Below are positions 1 to 9,410 of a stretch of DNA of 64,000 nt, one piece after another (the stretch's first letter is position 1; each line of letters begins with the position of its first letter). Where the stretch lies: positions 128,001 through 192,000 of the forward strand of contig CAWGSK010000012.1 in assembly GCA_963825055.1 (NCBI GenBank), given 5' to 3'. This DNA is from an uncultured Gemmatimonadales bacterium. GTDB lineage: Bacteria > Gemmatimonadota > Gemmatimonadetes > Gemmatimonadales > GWC2-71-9. Position numbers and translations under genes: made by a program. The notes under the pieces are model-generated. The model did not search any database. It had not been told where the DNA came from and worked only from the letters and a program-made list of their open reading frames with translations.

Positions 1-99
1 GCCGACTGCCACCGGCAGGAGACGACGGCGGATGGGAAGACGTTCCGCCGCTACACGCCCCTCGGCACGGCCTGCCGGGACTGTCATGGAGGGACCTGA
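1..99 (+). CDS. C-terminal fragment of a multiheme c-type cytochrome (truncated by window edge)
   Basis: Frame 1 reads ADCHRQETTADGKTFRRYTPLGTACRDCHGGT-stop: one complete CxxCH and one partial xxCH; TGA at 97-99 lies just before the next ATG. Confidence 0.85.
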   Translation, partial: ADCHRQETTADGKTFRRYTPLGTACRDCHGGT

Positions 100-100
100 G

Positions 101-1627
101 ATGCGTCGAGCCCTGCTGTCGGTCCTTCTCGCGCTGCCGCTCGCGGCCGGCGCCCTCATGGCCCAGGCCGGTACGCCGAGCCCGCACGGCGACATGCGCG
201 CGAACATCGACTGCAGTGCCTGTCACACACCACTGGTGTGGAAGCCGGTCAAGGCGGCCATGGAGTTCGACCATGCGCGTCAGGCTCAGTTCCCATTGAC
301 CGGCCGGCATGCGGCGGTTCCCTGTGCCCGATGCCACCTGGACGCGCGTTTCGACGAGCCGAAGATCGCGCCGGACCAGTGTCGGGACTGCCACCTGGAC
401 GTGCATCGCGGCCGCCTGCCCGACTGCGCCTCCTGCCACACCACGACGACCTTCCAGAGCGTGCCTGCCATCCAGGTGCACGCCCGCACGAGTTTCCCCC
501 TCACCGGTGCACATCTCCAGGTGCCCTGCGAAAGTTGCCACACGGATGAGCGGCACGGGGCATACGCCCCGGTGGACGGGGATTGCGTCAGCTGCCACCT
601 GCCCGATTACCAGGGGGCGCAGACGGTCGACCACGTCGCCGCCGGCTTCCCGACCACCTGCCGCCAGTGCCACTCGACGGTGGCCTGGACCGGCGGGGTG
701 CCGTTTGACCACGTGTCGGTCTCGGGCGGATTCGTCCTGGCGGGCGCCCACGGCCAGCTCCGCTGCGCAAGCTGCCACGTCCCGCCGTCAGGCATGCTCA
801 AGTTCGTGCCCCCGCCATCCAGTGCGAATGACTGCGTCGCCTGTCACCAGCAGGACTACAACCGACAGCACGCCGGCAGCGGGTTCCCCACGACCTGCGC
901 CGACTGCCACAACGTGAATGCTTGGGACGATGCCCACTTCGACCACACGGCGGTCAGCGGCGGCTTTGCGCTGCTTGGTGCCCACCAGCGCACCAGCTGC
1001 GATGGCTGTCACATCCCGCCGTCGAATCAGCTCCGGTTCACGCCCTCGGGGCCGAATGACTGTATCGCCTGCCACCAGCAGGACTTCACCAATCAGCACG
1101 GCACGAGCGGCATTCCAACCACGTGCCTTGATTGTCATACCGTGGATACCTGGTCGGGCGCCACGTTCGATCACGCAGCCGTCGCGAACGGCTATGCCCT
1201 GGTCGGGGCCCACCAGCAGACCCCGTGCTCGGGTTGCCACATTCCCCCCGACAACCAGCTGCGGTTCACGCCGAGCAGCCAGAATGACTGCGCCGCGTGC
1301 CACCAGTCCGACTACGATGCCCAGCACGCCGGCAGCGGTTTCCCGCTGACCTGCCTCACCTGTCACACGGTGGACAGCTGGACCGGCGGGACGTTCACGA
1401 ATCATGACGCCCAGTTCTTCCCGATCTACTCCGGGAAACACAACGGGCAATGGGGCAACGACTGCTCGACCTGCCACAACGTCGCGGGCAACTACACCGC
1501 ATTTACGTGTCTCCAGTGCCACACGCACAACCAGACCGAGACGGATGGTCATCACAGCGGAATCTCGGGGTATGCCTATACCAGCACGGCCTGCTACTCG
1601 TGCCATGCGAACGGGAGGGTCAATTGA
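101..1627 (+). CDS. Exported multiheme cytochrome c with 19 CxxCH motifs, built from repeated triheme modules
   Basis: Signal peptide MRRALLSVLLALPLAAGALMAQ; 19 CxxCH counted by hand; repeated FDH...F(P/x)LxGAH distal-His motifs. Confidence 0.95.
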   Translation: MRRALLSVLLALPLAAGALMAQAGTPSPHGDMRANIDCSACHTPLVWKPVKAAMEFDHARQAQFPLTGRHAAVPCARCHLDARFDEPKIAPDQCRDCHLDVHRGRLPDCASCHTTTTFQSVPAIQVHARTSFPLTGAHLQVPCESCHTDERHGAYAPVDGDCVSCHLPDYQGAQTVDHVAAGFPTTCRQCHSTVAWTGGVPFDHVSVSGGFVLAGAHGQLRCASCHVPPSGMLKFVPPPSSANDCVACHQQDYNRQHAGSGFPTTCADCHNVNAWDDAHFDHTAVSGGFALLGAHQRTSCDGCHIPPSNQLRFTPSGPNDCIACHQQDFTNQHGTSGIPTTCLDCHTVDTWSGATFDHAAVANGYALVGAHQQTPCSGCHIPPDNQLRFTPSSQNDCAACHQSDYDAQHAGSGFPLTCLTCHTVDSWTGGTFTNHDAQFFPIYSGKHNGQWGNDCSTCHNVAGNYTAFTCLQCHTHNQTETDGHHSGISGYAYTSTACYSCHANGRVN

Positions 1628-3177
1628 GGCGACCCCTCATTCCGGCGCTGCTGCTCGCCCTGCTGCCCGCGTCGCTCGGGGCCCAGGACAGTACCGTGAC
1701 GGCGACCGTCACGCAGATTGCCGGACAGGACGTCTACATCAACGCGGGAAGTGATGCCGGCCTTCACGTGAGTGACACCGTGACCGTGCGACGCGCGGCC
1801 GCCGGTCCTGTCCTGGGGCGGATGACGGTCTCCGCCGCAACCGGCAGCAGGGCGCTGCTCGGCTTTCTCGACGCACCGTTCCCGCTCACCCGTGGCGATG
1901 GGCTGTTCCTCGGGATTCACGGCGGGGTGGCCCCGGCGACCACGCCGGCCCCGGCACCTCCGCGAGTCGCGGCCACGTCTCGGCCCCGGACGGTGGCTCC
2001 GGGCGGGACCGTGGTTCACGGCCGTCTGCTGCTGGACGTCGATGGGAACCGCTCGACCACGCGCGGGTTCGGGTCGGACCCCGAGACCACGAGTCGGGAC
2101 TATGCGACCCCCTCGGCCGGGCTCCGGCTCCAGGTCACCCGGCTGCCGGGTAACATGGAGTTCAGCACGGACGTCCGTGCCCGCTACCGCTACACCAGCA
2201 ACGACATCATCACACCCGCCACCGCCGTCCGGGTGTACGAGGCCAGCCTGACCCGGCGGCTCCCCGGGTCGGGATTCCTCGTGCGTGCCGGCCGGTTCTA
2301 TGACCCGTACGAGTATTTCAGCGGCTACTGGGACGGCCTGATGGTGCACGCCGGCGATGAGGGCTTCGGCGTCGCCGCGCTGGCGGGCTTCGAGCCCGAC
2401 CGCGGCAACGAGGGGTTCAGCACCGACTACCCGAAGGCCAGCCTGGTGGCCCATGCGAGCCGGATCCGCGGGCGCTCCGGGATCCGGACCGATGTGTCGG
2501 TGCACCGCGTCATGCCGCGGGATTCCTCTCCCGACCATACATTCGCCGGCTGGTCGCAGGTCGCATGGACCGGCCGGCTTTCCTTCAGCCACAACCTGCA
2601 GGTGGACCGGAACCCGGCGAGCGGGAAATGGAACGTCACCCGCCTGCTGACCCGCCTGACCCTCCCGGTGGGCTCCTCGCTCACGCTGCGCGGCGGCTAT
2701 TCCATCCAGCAGCCCTACCGGCTGGGCACGACGTTCGGCGCCATCCCCTTCCGTCGGGATCGCGCCACGGCCGGGTTCGACGTCCGCCTGCCGGGAGCGA
2801 GCATCGGGGCAGACGTGAGCAAGGGCCACCAGGAGGGACTGGACGATACCTGGAGCTACTCTGGATCGGTGTACCGGTCACCGCGGGGCCAGCACGGCGT
2901 CGGGATCGGACTCACCGGTACCCGCTGGACGGAGACGGGGAGCAACGGCGTGCTGCTCGCACCGTCCTTGGACCGGCAGTTTGGACACTTCACGGTCCGG
3001 GGAGGGTACCAGTATTCCCGCACCGAGTTCGGCTCCCTCGTCCTCACTACCCATGCCGCCGACCTGGGCGGCACCGTTCCCCTGGGTGGGCGAACCGGGC
3101 TGACCCTCCGGGCCCGGTGGCAGAGCGGACAGCTCTCGAGCACCGGAGTGTACGCCGGCTTCTGGTACGGGTTCTGA
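1624..3177 (+). CDS. Putative outer-membrane beta-barrel (porin-like) with an N-terminal small beta domain
   Basis: TTG start overlaps the cytochrome stop (TTGA); signal peptide; alternating amphipathic strands; C-terminus GVYAGFWYGF fits a BAM beta-signal. Confidence 0.75.
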   Translation: MRRPLIPALLLALLPASLGAQDSTVTATVTQIAGQDVYINAGSDAGLHVSDTVTVRRAAAGPVLGRMTVSAATGSRALLGFLDAPFPLTRGDGLFLGIHGGVAPATTPAPAPPRVAATSRPRTVAPGGTVVHGRLLLDVDGNRSTTRGFGSDPETTSRDYATPSAGLRLQVTRLPGNMEFSTDVRARYRYTSNDIITPATAVRVYEASLTRRLPGSGFLVRAGRFYDPYEYFSGYWDGLMVHAGDEGFGVAALAGFEPDRGNEGFSTDYPKASLVAHASRIRGRSGIRTDVSVHRVMPRDSSPDHTFAGWSQVAWTGRLSFSHNLQVDRNPASGKWNVTRLLTRLTLPVGSSLTLRGGYSIQQPYRLGTTFGAIPFRRDRATAGFDVRLPGASIGADVSKGHQEGLDDTWSYSGSVYRSPRGQHGVGIGLTGTRWTETGSNGVLLAPSLDRQFGHFTVRGGYQYSRTEFGSLVLTTHAADLGGTVPLGGRTGLTLRARWQSGQLSSTGVYAGFWYGF

Positions 3178-4490
3178 TGGACCAGGATACCCTGATTATC
3201 GGCGGTACGGCTGCGGGCCTCGTGCTCGTGGCCATCGCGCCGTTCTACCTCCGTACCCGGCGGCTCGAGCGTCGGGCGACACGCGCGGCCGTGGAGGCCG
3301 AACGCTACGGCCTGCACGAACCGGTGAGCCTGCATCCCGTGGTGCATGCCGGCGCGTGTATCGGTACCGGCGCCTGCATCGATGTCTGCCCGGAAGGGGA
3401 TGTCCTTGGACTGGTGCATGGGCAGGCGCGCCCCATTGCGCCGGCACGCTGCGTGGGACACGGTCTCTGCGAACGGGCCTGTCCCGTCGAGGCAATCCAG
3501 CTCGTGTTCGGGACCGCCACGCGCGGCGTCGAACTGCCACGGGTGCGGGCCGATTTCCAGACCAACGTGCCGGGTCTCTATGTGATCGGTGAGCTGGGGG
3601 GCATGGGCCTCATCCGCAATGCCTTCGAACAGGGGCGGCAGTGCGTCGACGGCATCGCGCGCGCGCCAAGGCCCGGCGGGGAGGACCTTGAAGTCCTGAT
3701 CGTGGGAGCGGGTCCCGCCGGACTCTCCGCCTCCCTCGCGTGCCGGGAACGGGGGCTGCGCTTTGCCACCATCGAGCGGGAGGATATCGGCGGGACCGTG
3801 CGCTCCTATCCCCGAAAGAAGGTCGTCATGACCCGGCCCTTCGACATCCCGGGCTGGGGGAAGATCCCCGCCTCCGAGGTGCCCAAGGAGCGCCTGATGG
3901 AGATCTGGAGCGAGGTGGTGGAGCGCACGGGCCTCAGCGTTACGACAGGGACGACCGTTCAGTCAGTGACCCGCCAGGATGACGGGCGGTTCACGGTGGA
4001 GACCTCGGGCGGCACCTGGCGGGCGCACCGGGTGGTGCTGGCGATCGGCCGGCGCGGCATTCCGCGCAAGCTCGGCGTACCCGGCGAGGAGCTGCCGAAG
4101 GTTTCCTACTCCCTCCTGGAGCCCGAAGCGTGGCAGGGCGACCGCATTGTCGTGGTCGGGGGCGGTGATTCCGCGGTGGAGGCGGCCCTGGCCCTGGCGG
4201 ACCAGCCGGGGAACCAGGTGACGGTCTCCTACCGGCGCGACCGCTTCAACCGGCTCAAGCCGGGCAACCTCGACCGCGTGGAGCACGCCATCAGCGATGG
4301 CACGGTCACGGTGCTCTGGGAAAGCCGGCTCGAGGCCATCGCCGCGGACCGGGTGACGTGGCAGGACAAGGCCGGTGCCCGGCACGAACTCCCGAACGAC
4401 CGCGTGTTCATATTTGCCGGCGGCGAACTCCCCAGCGGGTTCCTGAAGGACTGCGGAATCATCGTGGATACGAAGTTCGGGGAGGCGTGA
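3177..4490 (+). CDS. Membrane-anchored ferredoxin-domain / TrxR-like (YpdA/FNR-type) FAD-NAD(P)H oxidoreductase
   Basis: TGATG overlap; N-terminal TM helix; CIGTGACIDVCP and CVGHGLCERACP; GAGPAG FAD motif; GGGDSA plus SYRR NADPH motif; no redox CxxC. Confidence 0.85.
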   Translation: MDQDTLIIGGTAAGLVLVAIAPFYLRTRRLERRATRAAVEAERYGLHEPVSLHPVVHAGACIGTGACIDVCPEGDVLGLVHGQARPIAPARCVGHGLCERACPVEAIQLVFGTATRGVELPRVRADFQTNVPGLYVIGELGGMGLIRNAFEQGRQCVDGIARAPRPGGEDLEVLIVGAGPAGLSASLACRERGLRFATIEREDIGGTVRSYPRKKVVMTRPFDIPGWGKIPASEVPKERLMEIWSEVVERTGLSVTTGTTVQSVTRQDDGRFTVETSGGTWRAHRVVLAIGRRGIPRKLGVPGEELPKVSYSLLEPEAWQGDRIVVVGGGDSAVEAALALADQPGNQVTVSYRRDRFNRLKPGNLDRVEHAISDGTVTVLWESRLEAIAADRVTWQDKAGARHELPNDRVFIFAGGELPSGFLKDCGIIVDTKFGEA

Positions 4491-4494
4491 AGGC

Positions 4495-4546
4495 AGTCAC
4501 TAGCCACCAGCCACTAGTCACTAGTCACTAATCACTAGTCACTAAT
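4495..4546. repeat. Heptamer tandem repeat (AGTCACT-like, about 7 copies) between convergent genes
   Basis: AGTCACT AGCCACC AGCCACT AGTCACT AGTCACT AATCACT AGTCACT. Confidence 0.85.
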
Positions 4547-6617
4547 CCCGTACCCCACCTCCACCCCCACCCACACCGTCCGCCCCGGCCCGGGCTCGAA
4601 CACCCGGCCGCCAAAACCGTTTGGCGCGATCGAGGCGACGTAGTCCCGGTCAAAGAGGTTGTGCACTCCGGCAAAGGGCATCACCCGGGCTCCGCGCGAG
4701 TCGAGGCGCCAGGACATGCGGACGCCCGTGATGCCGGCGCCCCACCCATCGGAGGCAAGTGTGTTGTCGTCGTCGGCCGCCAGGCCGGACTGCATGGCGT
4801 GCGTGACGCCCAGCTCGAGGCGCTTCGAGCGGCCGCACGGTGAGGTCGAGCGTCAGGGCGTGCGTCGGCACACCCGGCAGGGTATTCCCGTCCAGCGTGT
4901 CGACCACACCGCCGATGTCCAGGCGATAGCGGGCGAACCGCGCCCGGTTCCAGCTGTAGGAGGCCCGCGCCTCCCAGCGCGGCCGCGCCGCGACCATCCC
5001 CAGTTCCACTCCGTCGGCATGCAGCGATCCGGCGTTGGTGAAGTACGCCCGTCCACCGGATTCCTCGAACGGCACCAGCGCGTCCCTGGTCCGGCCGAGG
5101 TAGCCGGTCGCCTCGTAGCTGAGCCAGCGCAGGGGGCGCCCCCGGACGCCGGCCTCCCACGTGACCGAGCGCTCGGGGCCCAGCTCCCCATTGAATCCGC
5201 CCGCGCCGCCCGGCTGGTTGGCAAGTTCCGTGGTGGTGGGCGTCTCGAAGGCGGTACCTGCCCGGACCCACGGCACCAGGGCGCGCGCGAGGTCCAGGCT
5301 CGCCCCGAGGCTCGCGCTCAGCGCGCCAAGGGTTCGGTGACCGCCGTCGTCGCCGTCGTCCAGGAAATGGTCCGTCACGCCGAAGGCGGTGCGGTCGTAT
5401 CGGAGCACGGCGTCCACCCTCCAGCCCGTCCACGGGTGAAGGTCCAGGGTGGTGAAGATGCCGAGGGCGGAGGTGGTCTCCCGCTGGTCGACCAGGAGAC
5501 TGTCGGTGGGAACGCCGCCGGTGCTCGCGTGATTGGTACGGTCGTCCCGCTGTCGCTGCCAGTCCACGCCGCCACCGAGGACGGTTCCCGCGCCGAGGAC
5601 GCGGTGGCCGGCCACCCGCACGCCGCCCACGAGTCGCGAAATCCCGACCAGCACATTGATGGGCAGCGGGTTGGCGAGGTCGCGGTGGAGGCCGAACACG
5701 GTGACGTCCGCCACGGCCTGATGCCGGTCGTTCCAGGACAGGGTGAATGCCGCCTGCTGCTGCGTCACGTCCTTGCCGGCATTGGTCGCGATGTTGCGCG
5801 CGGCCGCGGAATCACGGTTGAGGGCGAGTTCCCCGGTGGTGAGCGCCCCCGGGTTGTCGCCGCGCGGAGCGTCCACTACCGCCACCAGCGCGCGCAGACT
5901 TACCCGCGGCGACGCCTGCCACGCCGCGGAGGCCTGGAGCCTGGTCGCCTCCGACCTGCTGTGCTGCCGGAAGCCCCGGCTCGTAGCGCGTGATACGCCC
6001 AGTGCCACCTCCCCCTGCGCTCCCCTCGCGCCGACGAACAGTTGTGATCGCCAGAGGTCACCCGACCCGTACTGGCTGCGGAGCGAGGCCTCGTCGGGCG
6101 CCGCCGGCCTCCTGGTGGAGAGATTGATCACGCCGCCCGCCGCGTTGCCATAGAGGCCGCCGGTCCCGCCGCGGAGTACCTCGACGTTGCCGAGGAGGCC
6201 CCAGTCGATGTTGTTGAGCTGGCTCTGGCCATCGGGAAGGGTCTGGGGGACGCCGTCGAGCAGGATGGTCACGCCGCGAACGCCGAAGGTGGCCCGGGCA
6301 CCCGCGCCGCGAATCACTATGCGCTGGTCCAGGGAGGGGTTGAAGCGGTTGGAGACGATGATGCCGGGCAGCAGGGGCAGGACTTCGTCCGGACCCAGGC
6401 CGGGCCGGGACCGCATCGCCGCGGCGGCATCGAGCGTGGAGGCGGCCTGTGGGACGCGAAGCAGCGGGGCGGGCGTTCGGGTGATGGCGATGGAGTCCAG
6501 CATGATCGCCATGCTGTCACCCGGGACCTGGGCGACGGTCGCCGGGGGCCGGCCCGCGATGAGTGCCACCAGGAGGCAGGCAGGTCGCCAGGAGCGCAAT
6601 GCCCGTATGGGATTCAT
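4535..6617 (-). pseudogene. TonB-dependent receptor with a frameshift near 4820 (pseudogene or sequencing error)
   Basis: Plug motifs IRG, LDGVP, VEVLRG..GLYG.AAGGVINL; the C-terminal VHNLFDRDY...EPGPGRT segment is in a second frame (ORF 4535-4795). Confidence 0.8.
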
Positions 6618-6693
6618 GGTGCCGTAAGGTAGTATGACGCTGCCCGGTTCCAGCTTGAACCACCTCTGGCACCCGGGTACCTTTCGCCCCGCC

Positions 6694-7788
6694 ATGACCC
6701 CTGCTTCACGCTACGCCGCTCCCGACTTCACCGCGCCGCCGTTCGGCGGCGCGCCCGAGGCCCGGTTCGAGCCCGCCCCCGCCGACGGGGTGATGCCCGA
6801 GGGCTTCTTCTCCACCTCCAATCTTCCGACCTACGCGCAGGTGGACGGGGCGTGGGTCATGCCGGGTCGGCCCCGGATGGACTGCGTGCTGGTGCGGCGT
6901 CCCGCCGGTCTGGAGACGGTCGAACCGCGCCGGGTGCGAGCCGGCGAGCCGGTCGCCATGGGACTCGCCGAGGATGGCTCGGAGGGGATCTTCGTCCATG
7001 CGGCGGCGTTCCTGGCCGGCGCGAAGGGCCATGCAGAGTTCCAGTTCATGTCCACGGAGGTGAGCCGCGAGCGGCCCGTGAACTACGAGGAACTCGCCCG
7101 GCGCCTCGTGGAGGAGCGCGATGCCGGCGGCAATCTCGTGTGGGTCATCGGGCCGGCCCTGGTGCACAGCCGGGCCCGGCGGGACATGGAGTGGTTCATC
7201 GCCAATGGCTTCGTGCAGGCCGTGCTCGCGGGCAATGCCGTCGCCGTGCACGACATCGAAGCGGCCATCTTCGGCACGACCCTGGGCATGAGCAATACCG
7301 GACAGCCCACTTCGGGCGGCCACGGGCTCCACATGCGCGCGATCAACCAGGTGCGGGCTGCCGGTTCCATCGAGGCCGCCGTCGCGTCCGGGCTGGTCTC
7401 GAGCGGGATCATGCATGCGCTCGTGACGCACGAGGTGCCCTTCGTGCTCGCCGGATCGATCCGGGACGATGGTCCGCTGCCTGGTGTCATCCGGGACGTG
7501 CTCGAGGCACAGGACGCCATGCGGGAGTATACCGTGCAGGCCACGGGCGCCGTGCTCGTGGCCAGCGCGCTCCACGCGATCGCGGTGGGCAACATGCTGC
7601 CCGCGTTTCACACGCGGCGGGGGACGCCGGAGCCGCTGATGACCATCTGCGTCGACCAGACCGAGTTCGTGGTGAACAAGCTCAAGGACCGGGGCACCCA
7701 CCAGGCCTATGGGGTTGTCACCAACGCGCAGGACTTCATGCACGTGCTCCGCTCCTACGTGTCGCAGTGTTCCGGCGCGACGCGGTGA
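6694..7788 (+). CDS. TIGR00300-family protein (LOR/SDH-associated; ornithine cyclodeaminase/ArgZ C-terminal-like)
   Basis: FFSTSNLPT, RMDC, AGNAVAVHDIE, FVLAGSIRDDGPLP, LHAIAVGNMLP, KLKDRG motifs. Confidence 0.8.
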   Translation: MTPASRYAAPDFTAPPFGGAPEARFEPAPADGVMPEGFFSTSNLPTYAQVDGAWVMPGRPRMDCVLVRRPAGLETVEPRRVRAGEPVAMGLAEDGSEGIFVHAAAFLAGAKGHAEFQFMSTEVSRERPVNYEELARRLVEERDAGGNLVWVIGPALVHSRARRDMEWFIANGFVQAVLAGNAVAVHDIEAAIFGTTLGMSNTGQPTSGGHGLHMRAINQVRAAGSIEAAVASGLVSSGIMHALVTHEVPFVLAGSIRDDGPLPGVIRDVLEAQDAMREYTVQATGAVLVASALHAIAVGNMLPAFHTRRGTPEPLMTICVDQTEFVVNKLKDRGTHQAYGVVTNAQDFMHVLRSYVSQCSGATR

Positions 7789-8162
7789 AGGTCCTTCCGG
7801 GCGAGGGCTGGCGGGAGCTGGCCGTCACGGTCCGCGAGGCGCTGCCGGTGGATGAGCTCGACGGGATCTGGACGTTCCAGGCGGTCCGGCAGGACCTCAA
7901 GGAGTGGGGGACAGCGATCCTGAGCCGGGTGGACGGCGCCCGCCGGCGGATCTACACCGCGCGCTACGTGCATACCATCAAGGGTCGCGAGCGCGGCGCG
8001 TTCGCCGCGACCGTGGAGGAAGTGGGGAGCGGTCCGGTGGAGACGCTGGACGAACTCATCCGCGGCGTCGAGCGCCGCGCCGACGAGGAGCCACCCGTGC
8101 CGGTGCCGGTGGCTGACTGGTTCCCCCCGGAAGAGGACAATGGCGCGCCTGACACCGGATGA
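7785..8162 (+). CDS. Hypothetical protein
   Basis: GTG start overlaps the previous stop; globular-looking sequence; overlaps the fur start. Confidence 0.65.
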   Translation: MKVLPGEGWRELAVTVREALPVDELDGIWTFQAVRQDLKEWGTAILSRVDGARRRIYTARYVHTIKGRERGAFAATVEEVGSGPVETLDELIRGVERRADEEPPVPVPVADWFPPEEDNGAPDTG

Positions 8163-8625
8163 GCGGGCGGCACTGCTCGAGCGGTTCCGCCGCCACCTGC
8201 GCGACCACCGGCAGCCGGTCACGCGACAGCGGGACATCATCGCCGATATCGTGGTGACGTCCGAGGAGCACCTCTCCGTCGATGCCATCGAGCGCAAGCT
8301 CAAGGAGCGCCGTGAGCGGGTCGGAACCGCGACCGTCTACCGTACACTCGACCTGCTCCGGCAGGCGGGCCTCATCAAGGCACACGATTTCGGCGAGGGG
8401 TTCCGGCGGTTCGAGCCCGTGGGCGGCCCGGTTCACCACGAGCACCTCATCTGCGAGCGCTGCGGGTCGGTGACCGAATTCGCCAACGAACAACTCGAGC
8501 GGCTGCTCCCCATCATCGCCGACGAGCACGACTTTGAGCACCGGCACCACCGCGTCGAGATTTACGGGATCTGCCGTGCCTGCCAGGGCAGGGCACTGGG
8601 GACACTCCAGGCGGAGCACCGCTGA
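8140..8625 (+). CDS. fur: Fur-family transcriptional regulator
   Basis: TRQR, ATVYRTL, HHEHLICERCG, C-terminal CRAC. Confidence 0.92.
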   Translation: MARLTPDERAALLERFRRHLRDHRQPVTRQRDIIADIVVTSEEHLSVDAIERKLKERRERVGTATVYRTLDLLRQAGLIKAHDFGEGFRRFEPVGGPVHHEHLICERCGSVTEFANEQLERLLPIIADEHDFEHRHHRVEIYGICRACQGRALGTLQAEHR

Positions 8626-9353
8626 TGGATGACGCCACCGGCCTCGGCTTTGCCGTAGCCTTCGCCAGCGGACTGCTGAGCTTCCTGTCGCCCTGCGTCC
8701 TGCCCCTGGTACCGTCCTACATCGGCTTTCTCACGGGCATGAGCGCCGGCGAGGTCACACGGAGGCGGCGCCTGGCGGTCCTCCACGCGCTGGCGTTCGT
8801 GGTGGGCTTCTCGCTCGTCTTCGTCCTGGCCGGGGCGACCGCCACCGCTCTGGGCCGGGCCATCCGGTACAACGATGTCTGGATCCAGCGGATCGGCGGC
8901 GGGCTGCTGATCCTCTTCGGGATCCTGATGCTCAACATTATCCCGCTGCCGTTCCTGAACCGGGAAGCGCGCTGGCACCTGCAGGACAAACCCGTGGGGT
9001 TCTTCGGGTCCCTGGTGGTCGGAATCACCTTCGGGGCTGGATGGACGCCCTGTATCGGTCCGATCCTCGGCGGCATCCTGAGCCTGGCCGCGACCGAAAC
9101 CAGCGTGGGCCGGGGGATGCTGCTCCTGACGGTCTACTCCGCCGGGCTCGCCGTGCCGTTCCTGCTCGCGGCGCTGGCGCTCGACCGGTTCCTGCAATGG
9201 TTTCAGCGCTTCAGGCGCTACATGCCGTGGGTGCAGCGGATCGGGGGAATCCTGCTGATTCTGGTGGGTCTGCTGCTGCTGACGGGGGCATTCACCCGGC
9301 TCGCCGGCTGGCTCCAGGGGCTCACACCGGGATTCCTGCAGGAGCAGTTGTAG
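8625..9353 (+). CDS. ccdA: Cytochrome c biogenesis protein CcdA (DsbD TM domain)
   Basis: GLLSFLSPCVLP and GWTPCIGPIL motifs; multiple TM helices. Confidence 0.92.
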   Translation: MDDATGLGFAVAFASGLLSFLSPCVLPLVPSYIGFLTGMSAGEVTRRRRLAVLHALAFVVGFSLVFVLAGATATALGRAIRYNDVWIQRIGGGLLILFGILMLNIIPLPFLNREARWHLQDKPVGFFGSLVVGITFGAGWTPCIGPILGGILSLAATETSVGRGMLLLTVYSAGLAVPFLLAALALDRFLQWFQRFRRYMPWVQRIGGILLILVGLLLLTGAFTRLAGWLQGLTPGFLQEQL

Positions 9354-9373
9354 CAGGCGGGCAGGGCGGTCTC

Positions 9374-9410
9374 ACGACTCAACGACTCAACGACCAACGA
9401 CCCCCGACCT
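9374..9410. repeat. Degenerate 7-8-mer repeat (ACGACTCA-like) between convergent genes
   Basis: ACGACTCA ACGACTCA ACGACCA ACGACCC CCGACC. Confidence 0.6.
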
